A stretch of DNA of 64,000 nt from Adineta vaga (Eukaryota > Animalia > Rotifera). The notes under the pieces are model-generated. The model did not search any database and was not told where the DNA came from. It saw nothing but the letters and a program-made list of their open reading frames with translations. The stretch covers positions 6,324,001 through 6,388,000 of the forward strand of contig CP075493.1 of assembly GCA_021613535.1 (NCBI GenBank), given 5' to 3'. The stretch's first letter is position 1. Every line of letters begins with the position of its first letter. Made by a program: the position numbers and the translations under genes. Below are positions 63,777-64,000 of this stretch, piece after piece.

Positions 63777-64000
63777 AATAAATCGAATATCAAGTATTTC
63801 TTATGGATATGTATATAGTAATAAAACCAGTGAATATAATTATTTTCTTTTTGTAACATAGTTCATACGAATTTTTAGCTAAATCCAATAATATATGATT
63901 TCAATTGTTTTATCTAAATATCCTTGTGTGAAATTTTTCTTTTTTCGAAGAATGAAATAGTTAAACTAAAACTGACAAATCAAACTTTAGGAAAACGTAT

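Overview
AT-rich eukaryotic genomic DNA with many short (about 45-65 nt) GT-AG introns. Gene content and style (intronless TPR/ADP-ribosyltransferase gene, TIR_2 proteins, CGA/CGT Arg codons) suggest a bdelloid rotifer; this is an inference, not a database match. I built about 20 gene models by hand: a class A GPCR, a long disordered adaptor-like protein, an unannotated 6-exon gene, RPL22 with an H1-like N-terminal tail, an OATP/SLCO transporter, a 3xCBM14 chitin-binding protein, a large VWA protein, a PAN/EGF protein, two secreted prepropeptides, a TPR-ART, a myristoylated triple-TIR/BTK-zinc-finger protein, PEX13, a CD225/dispanin, a PP1 glycogen-targeting subunit, eIF4G2/NAT1, NAA80, clathrin light chain and two tandem TANK-like genes. 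The 33.3-43.7 kb block looks accessory. It holds Helitron-type elements, a GC-richer intronless Cys-rich secreted-protein gene with a repeat/variable-spacer array and hairpin upstream of its TATA box, and two divergently transcribed putative NAD+-consuming defence genes. eIF4G2 has no usable AUG and appears to start at a CUG. At least six 1-2 nt frameshifts, mostly in short homopolymer or dinucleotide runs, break otherwise intact genes and are probably assembly errors. All family calls come from motif recognition; no searches were run.
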